Source: Gammaproteobacteria bacterium UBA2965 (GTDB taxonomy: Bacteria > Pseudomonadota > Gammaproteobacteria > Pseudomonadales > Azotimanducaceae). Taken from it: a stretch of 64,000 nucleotides of DNA. This document shows positions 55,763 to 64,000 of the stretch, one piece after another. Position numbers and translations under genes: made by a program. The stretch spans positions 129,467 through 193,466 of the forward strand of contig DEBD01000037.1 in assembly GCA_002348385.1 (NCBI GenBank), given 5' to 3'. The first letter of the stretch is position 1. Every line of letters starts with the position of its first letter. Under the pieces are notes generated by a model. It saw only the letters and a program-made list of their open reading frames with translations, was not told the origin of the DNA and did no database searches.

Positions 55763-57115
55763 TTACTTCCTACCCGGCGGGTTTCCATTCAGGTAGTCGT
55801 GAAGCACTTCATGGAAGCGTCGTACACGAGTTTCCTGGTTGGCAAGATAAGGCTCCTGGTAGCCACGAGAACGCCAACCGGTAGTCTGCCCTGCATTAAG
55901 CTGCCAGTCCTGGAAGACGACCTGGTCGTCTAAGTCCTGCACACCGTTGCCGTTGTCGTACTCGCGGTAGTCGTACTCAGCCTCTTCGAACTTCAGCCCA
56001 TAACGGGCCGTGCGGTGGACATAGGATTCGACACCTTCCACCGGATAAGCCATAGACCACTCGTCAAAGAAGCATTTCTCTGGATCTGTGGGATGGGGCT
56101 CCCACCGAAACACACCAAAGCCATCCGCAGATGCCCCAAACGCGATGTTGGGGAAGATGGTGGTAAAAGGGCTTTCCGTGAGCTCCTCGTCAGTTAGGTT
56201 CTCGTAATGGAGATGGCCCTTCTCTTTCCAGAGTTTTCGTTTGGCCGCCTTCAGATCCAGCCATCCTTGGATGGCCTTGGTCTCGTAGTCAGGATATTCA
56301 TTCGGATCGATACCCCAATATTCGAGCTCCCGATCCCACGGGTGAGGCTCGCCTTCCGGCACCCGATCGCGAACCGATGGGCGGCCCATCTGCACGATTC
56401 GATTGTTGCCCATGGGATACATCTCGTAGTACGAGGAAAAGTGATCCTGGTCGATGATGGGCGGCACCTGAGGGTGCGCGGTGCGAGTATGGTACGACTC
56501 ATTGAAGTTGTCGGACCAGAACTTCCAATTGCACTCCAGCGCCACCCGAATCCACCGGGCTCGCACGGTTTTTTCAAACTGGTGGTTTTTGTAGATCTCT
56601 GGCCAAGGCTCTAAATACTTGTACAAGTCTGGGGCCTCATCATCCATGGTGTACCACACCAGGCCTGCCCAGGTATCCACGCGCACTTCCACGAGGCGTA
56701 TCTTGCCCACCGGATCTTCCGGGTAGTCATCTCGGTCGCATGCATCGAGCAGCGAACCATCCATGTCCCACTTCCAGCCGTGGTACGGACAGAACAGGCT
56801 CTCCTGCGAGCCATACTGTCCCCACACCAATCGTTGTGCCCGGTGGCCGCAGGCGTTGTAAAAACCTTTGAGGGAACCATCTTTCTGCTTTGCGATAATT
56901 ACCGACTCATGCATGAAATCATGCACGATGTAGTCGCCGGGCTCCTGCAGCTGCTGCTCACGCCCTGCAATGTGCCAGATCTTGGTCCACAGCTGGTCCC
57001 ATTCCTTCTCCATCCACTCCTTGCTGTAGTAGCGCTCGGGAGTGATCGGATCACCGCGCAGATTAGTGCGGTCTTTACCGTCCATGGCCAATGGATGCTT
57101 GAGCGCGTCGTTCAT
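55763..57115 (-). CDS. Rieske [2Fe-2S] oxygenase, alpha subunit
   Basis: CGHRA...CPYHGWKW. Confidence 0.9.
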   Translation of the reverse strand: MNDALKHPLAMDGKDRTNLRGDPITPERYYSKEWMEKEWDQLWTKIWHIAGREQQLQEPGDYIVHDFMHESVIIAKQKDGSLKGFYNACGHRAQRLVWGQYGSQESLFCPYHGWKWDMDGSLLDACDRDDYPEDPVGKIRLVEVRVDTWAGLVWYTMDDEAPDLYKYLEPWPEIYKNHQFEKTVRARWIRVALECNWKFWSDNFNESYHTRTAHPQVPPIIDQDHFSSYYEMYPMGNNRIVQMGRPSVRDRVPEGEPHPWDRELEYWGIDPNEYPDYETKAIQGWLDLKAAKRKLWKEKGHLHYENLTDEELTESPFTTIFPNIAFGASADGFGVFRWEPHPTDPEKCFFDEWSMAYPVEGVESYVHRTARYGLKFEEAEYDYREYDNGNGVQDLDDQVVFQDWQLNAGQTTGWRSRGYQEPYLANQETRVRRFHEVLHDYLNGNPPGRK

Positions 57116-57383
57116 ATGCTATTCCCCTTCCCCTGCGGTCAAAGAAAACCGGATGCTTATCAGGACTGTAACAGCGAAAACACCCCATGTCGCGACCTCA
57201 TATGATACTCAAGACGCATAAATACCTCCGACCAACACAACTGTTCCAGAAACCCCCAATGATGGTGCGCCGCGGAGCAGGTCAGGCGTCGTTTTTCACT
57301 CGCAAAACACCGAATTTCGCGCTTCCGATAGCGCCCAAAGAACATCATCGCCAGCCACCTGATGCCTCTGTTTGAAACGTCAA

Positions 57384-57445
57384 AAAAGCAGTGTTTTTGC
57401 TGTCAAAAGCGGTATATTTGCTGTTGGAAGCAGTAATTTTTACCT
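57384..57445. promoter_or_regulatory. Three direct repeats phased at 21 bp upstream of the TonB-dependent receptor (candidate regulator binding sites)
   Basis: aaaagcagtgtttttgctgt (57384-57403), aaaagcggtatatttgctgt (57405-57424) and ggaagcagtaatttttacct (57426-57445). Each has an AGCA-N7-TGCT-like core. Confidence 0.45.
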
Positions 57446-57502
57446 GGTAGATGGTTGTCCTGCGGTCTCCGCCTTACCAACGTAATCTAACCTCGAGGGA
57501 AA

Positions 57503-59929
57503 ATGATGCGTAGCCGAATATTACAGATTGCAATCAGTGCGGCCGTTCTTGCCGCCATAGTCGTTATAGACACTGTCCCGATACAAGCCGCCGAAATCGA
57601 AGAAATTATCGTCACCGCTCGTAAGCGGGAGGAGTCGCTGCAAGACGTTCCCGTAGCCATTCAAGCGATAACCAGAGAGAAAATTGAGCGCTACGACGCC
57701 GACAATCTCTCGGAAATCGCCGACATGGCCAACAACGTGATCATCGCGGGTGGCACCAATGGCGCAGGCGGGTCATTCATCATCCGCGGGCTCGGTTCTA
57801 ACGCCGGGGATTCAGGAATCTCCGCTAGCGTGGCGACTAACATAGACGGTGTGCAGTCGGAACGAGGCTTTATCGCTCGCACCGCGTTCTTCGACGTGGA
57901 ATCGGTGCAATTCCTCAAGGGACCTCAGGCACTTTTCTTCGGCAAGAATAGCCCGGCCGGCGTGGTAGGTGTGGTAACCGCCAACCCCAGCGACCAATTT
58001 GAAGCCAAGGTCAGTGTTGGCTACGAACCGGAAGCGAACGAGCAGGTCTATGAGGGGATGATCTCGGGCCCGCTGACCGACACCTTGGGCGCGCGCCTGG
58101 CGTTTCGCTACACCGATATCGGTGGCTGGATCAAGAACAATGCGGAATTTGTGGAGAACAGCAACGGCGAGGCAATTCAGGGCACTGCCGACAATCCTTT
58201 CATGGTATTGGGTTTCTGGCCCGCCGACGAGAGCTACTATGACTTGCCCGGCGCCACTAGGGATATTGGCGAGGTAACCGCAATAACGGCACGCCTTACC
58301 TTAGAGTGGAACCCTACCGATAATTTTCGCGCGCGCGCCAAACTCACAATCGCCGACGAGGAAAGCGATGGCTTGGTGGCTGGTGAATTCGCAAGTTGCA
58401 CCGACCCGACCAATCCCAGGGTCGCGCCCATCGCCCGACCCATCCTGTCGTCGCCGAACCATGACTGCAAGTTGAACAATCAAACGTCCCAGGGAAACCT
58501 GCCTCCAGAGGTGGCGGCAGGCTGGAATAACAATCAAAACGGCGAGTTGGGCGACGGCTATTTCAGTAATTACGAAGCCCAGATATTCACACTGGATCTG
58601 CAGTACCAGCAGGATTGGGGAACGATCAACGCAGTCACCGGTTACTTGGCCTACGATTTCGACGGTTGGGACAATTTTGGCGGTTTGGACTACCCCTTCT
58701 TCGTCGGCTTCAATCCGGATGACCACGAACAGTTTTCTCAGGAAATTAGACTCGCTACGACCCTGGATAGCCCGTTCAACTTCATGATCGGTGCTTATTA
58801 CGAAACTTTTGAACGCCAACACGAAAACGCCAGCAAGCTGGGATTGTTCGGGCGCGATCCTGTAAGAGGATTCACCAACGACCAACACGTAGTCCAGTTT
58901 ACCGAGGGCGATGCCTGGTCGGTATTCGGACAGGTGATTTGGGACATTACCGATCAGTGGGAACTTGCAGCGGGCTTGCGCTACGTTGACGACGAAAAAG
59001 ACGGAACTCAGCGTCACGAATATGTGCACCCATTCTTGGCCATCATAGGCTGGTATCCTGAAGGGGTAGACATCGTCGCCGGCACAAGCGACACCGATGT
59101 CGCCCCGGAGGTTACCCTGACATGGCGCCCGAATGCCGATGTCACGGTATGGGGTGCATGGAAAAATGGCTACAAGGCTGGCGGCTACTCAGCCCCCACG
59201 GTGCTAACCAATACATTCGGACCTGACAACATTACCTTTGGTGAGGAAGACGCCGAGGGTTTCGAGATTGGCGTGAAAACGACCCTGTTGGAAGGCCGTA
59301 TGCGCCTGAATATCACTGCCTACGACTATGAGTTCAGAGATCTTCAGGTAAGCCAATTCCGCCCAGAGACGACGACCTTCGTCATCGGGAATGCGGCATC
59401 AGCATCCACAAAAGGCATCGAATTCGACGTGGCTTTTCAGGCTACAGATCAACTTCAGCTGTATGCCGAGTTTGGTTTTAACAACGCCAAACAGGATAGC
59501 TATCCGAATGTTGCCTGCTATGCCTTCCAAACCGTGGAAGCGGGCTGTATCGATGGCTTCCAGGACCTTAGCGGGAAGAGACTGGCAAACGCACCGAAAC
59601 TAACCGGTTCTATGGGATTCGAGTTTGTCCGGCCCGTAGGCGCTAACTGGATCGCGACGATTTCGGGTGAAACCATTTATACCGACAAATACAAAACCGC
59701 GGCCAATGGCGAGCCCCGCGCGGTGCAGCCCAGCTTCTGGCGCCTTCGCGCCAGAGCCGGAATATCGAGCGCGGACGGCACGTGGGACTTCTCTGTAATC
59801 GGCCGTAATCTCACAGACAAGATTTGGCCAATCGGGGGGGCACGCCCAGGCGCGCTTACTACCGCTGACCAGGGTGGAGGCGGCAACAGACCGCGCTCGA
59901 TCCTGTTTCAGGCGACTTATAGGATCTAA
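57503..59929 (+). CDS. TonB-dependent receptor
   Basis: Signal peptide, plug region IEEIIVTARKREESLQDVPVAIQAI, long beta-barrel with an aromatic-rich C-terminus. Confidence 0.95.
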   Translation: MMRSRILQIAISAAVLAAIVVIDTVPIQAAEIEEIIVTARKREESLQDVPVAIQAITREKIERYDADNLSEIADMANNVIIAGGTNGAGGSFIIRGLGSNAGDSGISASVATNIDGVQSERGFIARTAFFDVESVQFLKGPQALFFGKNSPAGVVGVVTANPSDQFEAKVSVGYEPEANEQVYEGMISGPLTDTLGARLAFRYTDIGGWIKNNAEFVENSNGEAIQGTADNPFMVLGFWPADESYYDLPGATRDIGEVTAITARLTLEWNPTDNFRARAKLTIADEESDGLVAGEFASCTDPTNPRVAPIARPILSSPNHDCKLNNQTSQGNLPPEVAAGWNNNQNGELGDGYFSNYEAQIFTLDLQYQQDWGTINAVTGYLAYDFDGWDNFGGLDYPFFVGFNPDDHEQFSQEIRLATTLDSPFNFMIGAYYETFERQHENASKLGLFGRDPVRGFTNDQHVVQFTEGDAWSVFGQVIWDITDQWELAAGLRYVDDEKDGTQRHEYVHPFLAIIGWYPEGVDIVAGTSDTDVAPEVTLTWRPNADVTVWGAWKNGYKAGGYSAPTVLTNTFGPDNITFGEEDAEGFEIGVKTTLLEGRMRLNITAYDYEFRDLQVSQFRPETTTFVIGNAASASTKGIEFDVAFQATDQLQLYAEFGFNNAKQDSYPNVACYAFQTVEAGCIDGFQDLSGKRLANAPKLTGSMGFEFVRPVGANWIATISGETIYTDKYKTAANGEPRAVQPSFWRLRARAGISSADGTWDFSVIGRNLTDKIWPIGGARPGALTTADQGGGGNRPRSILFQATYRI

Positions 59930-59989
59930 CAACACACACCCCGACGATTGGCTCAAAGCTTTCGGTTGTTGGGGTGGTCTTATCGATTG

Positions 59990-60017
59990 CTGGTGCGGCC
60001 GAGTCCGGCCGCACCAG
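59990..60017 (+). terminator. Strong hairpin 60 nt after the receptor stop (terminator-like, lacks a U-tract)
   Basis: CTGGTGCGGCC-gagtcc-GGCCGCACCAG, an 11-bp perfect stem. Confidence 0.45.
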
Positions 60018-60046
60018 TTGACTGACAGCAAATTGGGAGGCACACC

Positions 60047-61624
60047 ATGGCTACGTCGCAGAAAGCCCTGCGCACCATCGACGACCCGTTCCACGCGCTG
60101 CTTGAGGCCGACACCCACGCCAGCAATATCACCTCGGCCATGCACGTCGACAATCCCATCGAGCCGGGTCCCGCACTCATCGACAAGAACCGCTACATCT
60201 CGCGCGAATACCACGAGCTAGAGAAGAAGCACCTGTGGTCACGCGTGTGGCAGCAGGCTGCACACGAAGACGACTTTCCCAATGTGGGTGATGTGGTGCC
60301 CTACGACATTGTCGACCAATCATACCTAGTGGTTCGTATTGGGGAGGACGAGTACAAGGCCTATCACAATGCTTGCCTGCACCGTGGGCGCAAGCTCCGT
60401 GAATCCCGCGCCAAGGGACTCGATGAATTGCGCTGCGCGTTCCACGGCTGGGCATGGGAATTGGACGGCAGCCTCAAGCAGGTGCCTTGTGCATACGACT
60501 ACACGGACTTGGATCGGGAGGCGGAAAGCCTGCCGGAAGTAAACATCGGCCGTTGGGGCCGTTACATCTTCATCAACCCGGATCCGAACTGCGAGCCGCT
60601 GGAAGAATATCTGGGCGACCTGTCCGGCGAGTTCGAGGTTTTTCCCTATGAACGCCGCTACAAGCGCGCCCACGTATCCAAAGTGATTCGCGCCAACTGG
60701 AAGGTGGTCCAGGAAGCATTCATGGAATCGTACCATGTGCTACTCACACATCCCCAGGGTCTTAGCGGCGGGGCCAACGACATGTGCACGAAATATGACG
60801 TGTTCGGTAACTACTCGCGCGCGATACGCACGGGCGCACTGGACGGTGCGGGCGTTCCGGAGTGGGAAGAGCTGCCTGACACCGGAAACGCCGTGCTCCG
60901 CCATCCGCTCAACGGCATGGTCTACGAAGACGCGGGCAACGAAACCGTCCGGGTCACCACACCCAAGGGATTGAGCGGCCTGTTCACAGCCAAGGGCAAA
61001 TATATCGAAGGCGAGCTCAAGGACGCCAATCAACATCTGTGCATTCTCGTGGGCGGCCGCAAGGTGGCAGGCGTCTCGCTTACCCAAGGTGCCATGGCAA
61101 GAGTGCCCGAAAACGAAGCAGCGCGAATGATGGAGAAGCTGGGCAACAACGCCTCCCCGCGAGCTTTAGCGGCAGAGTCCATGCGGCAAGGTCTAGCCGA
61201 AGTAATACCTTCGGTCGCCGACACGATTCCAGACGTTGAGCTAACGTCATCCATATATCTCACTGTGTTCCCCAACTTCCACCCCTGGGGCTCATTCAAC
61301 GAGATCAACTACCGCTTCCGGCCCAACGGCGACAACCACGAAGAATGCATCATGGAAGTAATGATGATGGCCCCCATGCCCGACGACGGAAACTTTGAGC
61401 CCACGCGGGAGATCCGCTACCTGGACATAGACGACGATTTTGTCGAGGCGGAAGCCGAGCTGGGTGGATTGGGCCCTGTGTTCAATCAGGACACGCTCAA
61501 TATGCCATTCGTACATCAGGGCATGAAGGCGAGCGCAAGGACTCACACACGGCTTGCGGAATATAACGAAACCAAGCTGCGCCACTTCCACGGTCTCTAC
61601 GACAAATGGGTAGACCTGAAGTAA
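60047..61624 (+). CDS. Rieske [2Fe-2S] oxygenase, alpha subunit
   Basis: CLHRG...CAFHGWAW. Shares FPNFHPWG..INYRFRPNG with 685-2043. Confidence 0.9.
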   Translation: MATSQKALRTIDDPFHALLEADTHASNITSAMHVDNPIEPGPALIDKNRYISREYHELEKKHLWSRVWQQAAHEDDFPNVGDVVPYDIVDQSYLVVRIGEDEYKAYHNACLHRGRKLRESRAKGLDELRCAFHGWAWELDGSLKQVPCAYDYTDLDREAESLPEVNIGRWGRYIFINPDPNCEPLEEYLGDLSGEFEVFPYERRYKRAHVSKVIRANWKVVQEAFMESYHVLLTHPQGLSGGANDMCTKYDVFGNYSRAIRTGALDGAGVPEWEELPDTGNAVLRHPLNGMVYEDAGNETVRVTTPKGLSGLFTAKGKYIEGELKDANQHLCILVGGRKVAGVSLTQGAMARVPENEAARMMEKLGNNASPRALAAESMRQGLAEVIPSVADTIPDVELTSSIYLTVFPNFHPWGSFNEINYRFRPNGDNHEECIMEVMMMAPMPDDGNFEPTREIRYLDIDDDFVEAEAELGGLGPVFNQDTLNMPFVHQGMKASARTHTRLAEYNETKLRHFHGLYDKWVDLK

Positions 61625-61662
61625 GGCGAGTTAGGCAACGAAAGCGACCGGCCGACAAACCG

Positions 61663-62985
61663 ATGAGCGAAGCGAGAACCAGTCCGCAAGACTACAATCT
61701 GCTGGGCCGGGAAAAAGAGACCATGCGCGACCCGTATGCGCTGTACAAACTGCTGCTGGCGGGCGCCCCGGTATTCAAAGAGCCCGAGCACGGCATCTAT
61801 CTGGTATCGCGCTACGAAGATATCGTGGAAATGAAGCGCCAGCCCAGACGCTTCTCCAACCGCATGCCCACCGGGCCCATGCGCATGCCGAACGTGGAGG
61901 ACCTGCCGCCGGAACTCATAGATAAGGTGCAGCAGCTCATGGCCGACAGCAGCACCCCGAACGCCACGCAGAACTATCAGCAGATCGCCACCCTACTGGC
62001 CGCTGACCCTCCCAATCACACCCGGTACCGGGGCATGACAAACAAGTTGTTCAACACACGAACGGCGAAGGGGTGGGAGCCGAGAATTAGGGAAATCGCC
62101 GACGAGCTGATGGCGGGCGTGATCGAACAGGGTAACGTCGACTGGGTGACTGCCTTTGCACATCCCCTGCCGCTGCGGACGGTGGGAGAGATCCTGGGCG
62201 TTCCCACCGACGACGAGGAACTCCTGGACAAGCTGTTCGGCGGGAAGACGGCGGGAGACGCTATCGGGAATCCGGATGTCATGCTCGAACGCCTGGTGGA
62301 CCAGGTGAATACCGGCACTTCCACGCGCAACGAGTACTACCTGTTCTTCAACGACCGCATCCGGGAGCTACGCAAACGACCCATACCCGGGGATTTCCTG
62401 TCCGATCTGATTCAGCTTCCCGACGACGAAGGCAACACGCTGAGCGACGACGAGATACTGAGCGTAGTGAGTCACTTTCAGGTGGCAGGTCATGAGACCT
62501 CCACGAAAATGATCACTCAAGCGATGTATCAACTGGCCACGAACTTGGACCTGTTCGCCGAGATCAAGAAAAATCGCAACCTCGTCGAGAACCTGGTGGA
62601 GGAGTCGCTACGCTATGAGGCGCCCGTTCAGGGACTGTTCCAGATCGCAGAAGAAGACGTTGAAGTAGGCGGCGAACCGATCCCCAAAGGGTCTATGCTG
62701 ATGACGATCTACGGCGCCGCCAATCGTGATCCGAGCCGGTTCGAGCACCCCGACACCTTCGACGTGCACCGCCACAATGTCCGCGCTCACCTGAGCTTCG
62801 GGGGCGGCATCCACTCCTGTCCGGGCAAACCTTTCGCCCGTGCCGAAGGGGTTCAGGGATTTCACAGCCTGTTCGATCGGGCCACGAGCGTGACGCTGAA
62901 CGAAGACGAAGATGGCCTCGCGCGATCGCTGAGCTATATCCTGCGAGGCATATCAGAGCTGAACATCACAGTTATGGCCGCCTAG
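61663..62985 (+). CDS. Cytochrome P450
   Basis: Heme loop FGGGIHSCPGKPFARAE and ESLRYEAP. Start trimmed to ATG 61663. Confidence 0.9.
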   Translation: MSEARTSPQDYNLLGREKETMRDPYALYKLLLAGAPVFKEPEHGIYLVSRYEDIVEMKRQPRRFSNRMPTGPMRMPNVEDLPPELIDKVQQLMADSSTPNATQNYQQIATLLAADPPNHTRYRGMTNKLFNTRTAKGWEPRIREIADELMAGVIEQGNVDWVTAFAHPLPLRTVGEILGVPTDDEELLDKLFGGKTAGDAIGNPDVMLERLVDQVNTGTSTRNEYYLFFNDRIRELRKRPIPGDFLSDLIQLPDDEGNTLSDDEILSVVSHFQVAGHETSTKMITQAMYQLATNLDLFAEIKKNRNLVENLVEESLRYEAPVQGLFQIAEEDVEVGGEPIPKGSMLMTIYGAANRDPSRFEHPDTFDVHRHNVRAHLSFGGGIHSCPGKPFARAEGVQGFHSLFDRATSVTLNEDEDGLARSLSYILRGISELNITVMAA

Positions 62986-63130
62986 CCAATAACATTACCC
63001 CGCCAGACAGCGACGTTTTCAAGGCTCGGAAACAAAGCGCCCGCACAAGACGGAGCGCTCGAATCGAAAGACCCATGCAGGATAATAGAACATGTTTCAA
63101 GCGTGCAGCCCCTCCAACACAAGGCAAAAC

Positions 63131-64000
63131 ATGTCACCCCGCTTACGCGGCCGCAATCTCCTAAAACGGACGGTACGAAGCGCGTGGCCGCTAGTTTTAG
63201 CCGGAAGCTGCGTCGCCACAGCCGGTGAGCATCCCACCCTCATTCACGCAGGCAAGCTTATCGACGTAGTCGCAGGCAAGGTCCTGGAAACACAAAGCAT
63301 CGTGATCGCCGACGGCAGGATTCAAGCTGTGGAAGCGGGCTATCGGGAAGCGGCGGACGCCATCGATCTGACCAACGCCACCGTCATGCCCGGCTGGCTC
63401 GACATGCACGTTCACATCGCGAGCGAAAACAATCCGAACCGGCGCACCGAGCGGTTTACCATGAACCCGGCGGATCACGCGTACCGCTCCGTGGTATACG
63501 CTGAGCGAACCTTGATGGCCGGCTTCACCACCGTACGCGACCTGGGCACCATGCACGGGTTGGCGCAATCGCTGCGCAATGCCATCAATCAGGGCTGGGT
63601 GGTGGGCCCGCGGGTCTTCACCGCCGGCAAGAGTCTGGCCACCACAGGGGGCCACGCCGACCCCAGCAACGGCGTGAACGCCAAGCTCAGCGAAGATCCA
63701 GGCCCGGCTGAGGGCGTGGTGAACTCTGTCAGCGATGCTTACAAGGGCGTGCGCGCCCGCTACAAGGAGGGGGCGGACCTCATCAAGATCACCGCCACCG
63801 GCGGCGTTTTGAGCCAGGCCAAGAGCGGTCAGAACCCGCAGTTCACGTTGGAAGAGATTCAGGCCATCGTTGCAGCGGCCGAGGACTACGGATTCAAAGT
63901 AGCCGCCCATGCACACGGCGCCGAGGGCATGAAGCGCGCGGTGCTTGCCGGGGTGCACTCCATCGAGCACGGCACGCTGATGAGCGACGAAGTGATGCGT
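63131..64000 (+). CDS. Amidohydrolase family metal-dependent hydrolase, 3' partial (runs off the window)
   Basis: Not in the track because it has no stop. My translation is open for 290 codons and shows DMHVHI (HxH), KITATGG, AAHAHG and IEHG. Confidence 0.8.
   Translation, partial: MSPRLRGRNLLKRTVRSAWPLVLAGSCVATAGEHPTLIHAGKLIDVVAGKVLETQSIVIADGRIQAVEAGYREAADAIDLTNATVMPGWLDMHVHIASENNPNRRTERFTMNPADHAYRSVVYAERTLMAGFTTVRDLGTMHGLAQSLRNAINQGWVVGPRVFTAGKSLATTGGHADPSNGVNAKLSEDPGPAEGVVNSVSDAYKGVRARYKEGADLIKITATGGVLSQAKSGQNPQFTLEEIQAIVAAAEDYGFKVAAHAHGAEGMKRAVLAGVHSIEHGTLMSDEVMR

Noticed and set aside
57187-57375. 62-aa basic ORF (and its antisense ORF 57160-57348) in the gap upstream of the TonB-dependent receptor
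   Set aside because: It has no SD and no recognisable fold, and it lies in an AT-richer regulatory region where random ORFs are expected.
1-64000. Search for CRISPR arrays, IS/transposase or integrase genes, toxin-antitoxin pairs, defence-system ATPases/nucleases, and rRNA/tRNA genes
   Set aside because: I found no regularly spaced repeats. I also found no transposase, integrase, nuclease or NTPase-type ORFs, and no structured-RNA signatures. The window is metabolic and transport in content throughout.

Overview
High-GC (roughly 60%) proteobacterial chromosomal segment. The gene content suggests a marine gammaproteobacterium, but that is inference only. I support about 57 tightly packed protein-coding genes and recognise no rRNA, tRNA, CRISPR array, IS element or phage gene. 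The window is dominated by xenobiotic and lipid catabolism. It holds five Rieske oxygenase alpha subunits, two cytochrome P450s, two luciferase-like monooxygenases and two aldo/keto reductases. It also holds two acyl-CoA ligases, three acyl-CoA dehydrogenases, three crotonases, an SCP-x-type thiolase with its DUF35 partner and a family III CoA-transferase. Transport and related genes are five MFS transporters, an RND pump pair, a TonB-dependent receptor and a penicillin/AHL-acylase-type Ntn hydrolase. The strongest observation is that two redox genes carry an in-frame TGA exactly where homologues have a catalytic Cys. These are a GST at 13102-13797 and a CMD/AhpD-like gene at 5184-5699. Each has a good SD+ATG upstream and a hairpin just downstream, so both are candidate selenoproteins that ORF calling splits or truncates. 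Other notable points: (1) an SDR-like gene (9700-10383) carries both halohydrin dehalogenase fingerprint motifs. (2) A low-GC sulfotransferase islet is bracketed by diverged copies of a CMD gene 3' end. (3) A KAS III gene has a conserved N-terminus with no canonical start codon. (4) A lower-GC TonB-receptor/Rieske/P450 block follows 55.7 kb, with phased direct repeats upstream of the receptor. (5) An eight-gene minus-strand operon is built around a thiolase/DUF35 pair. All calls rest on motif recognition by eye and no database search was run.
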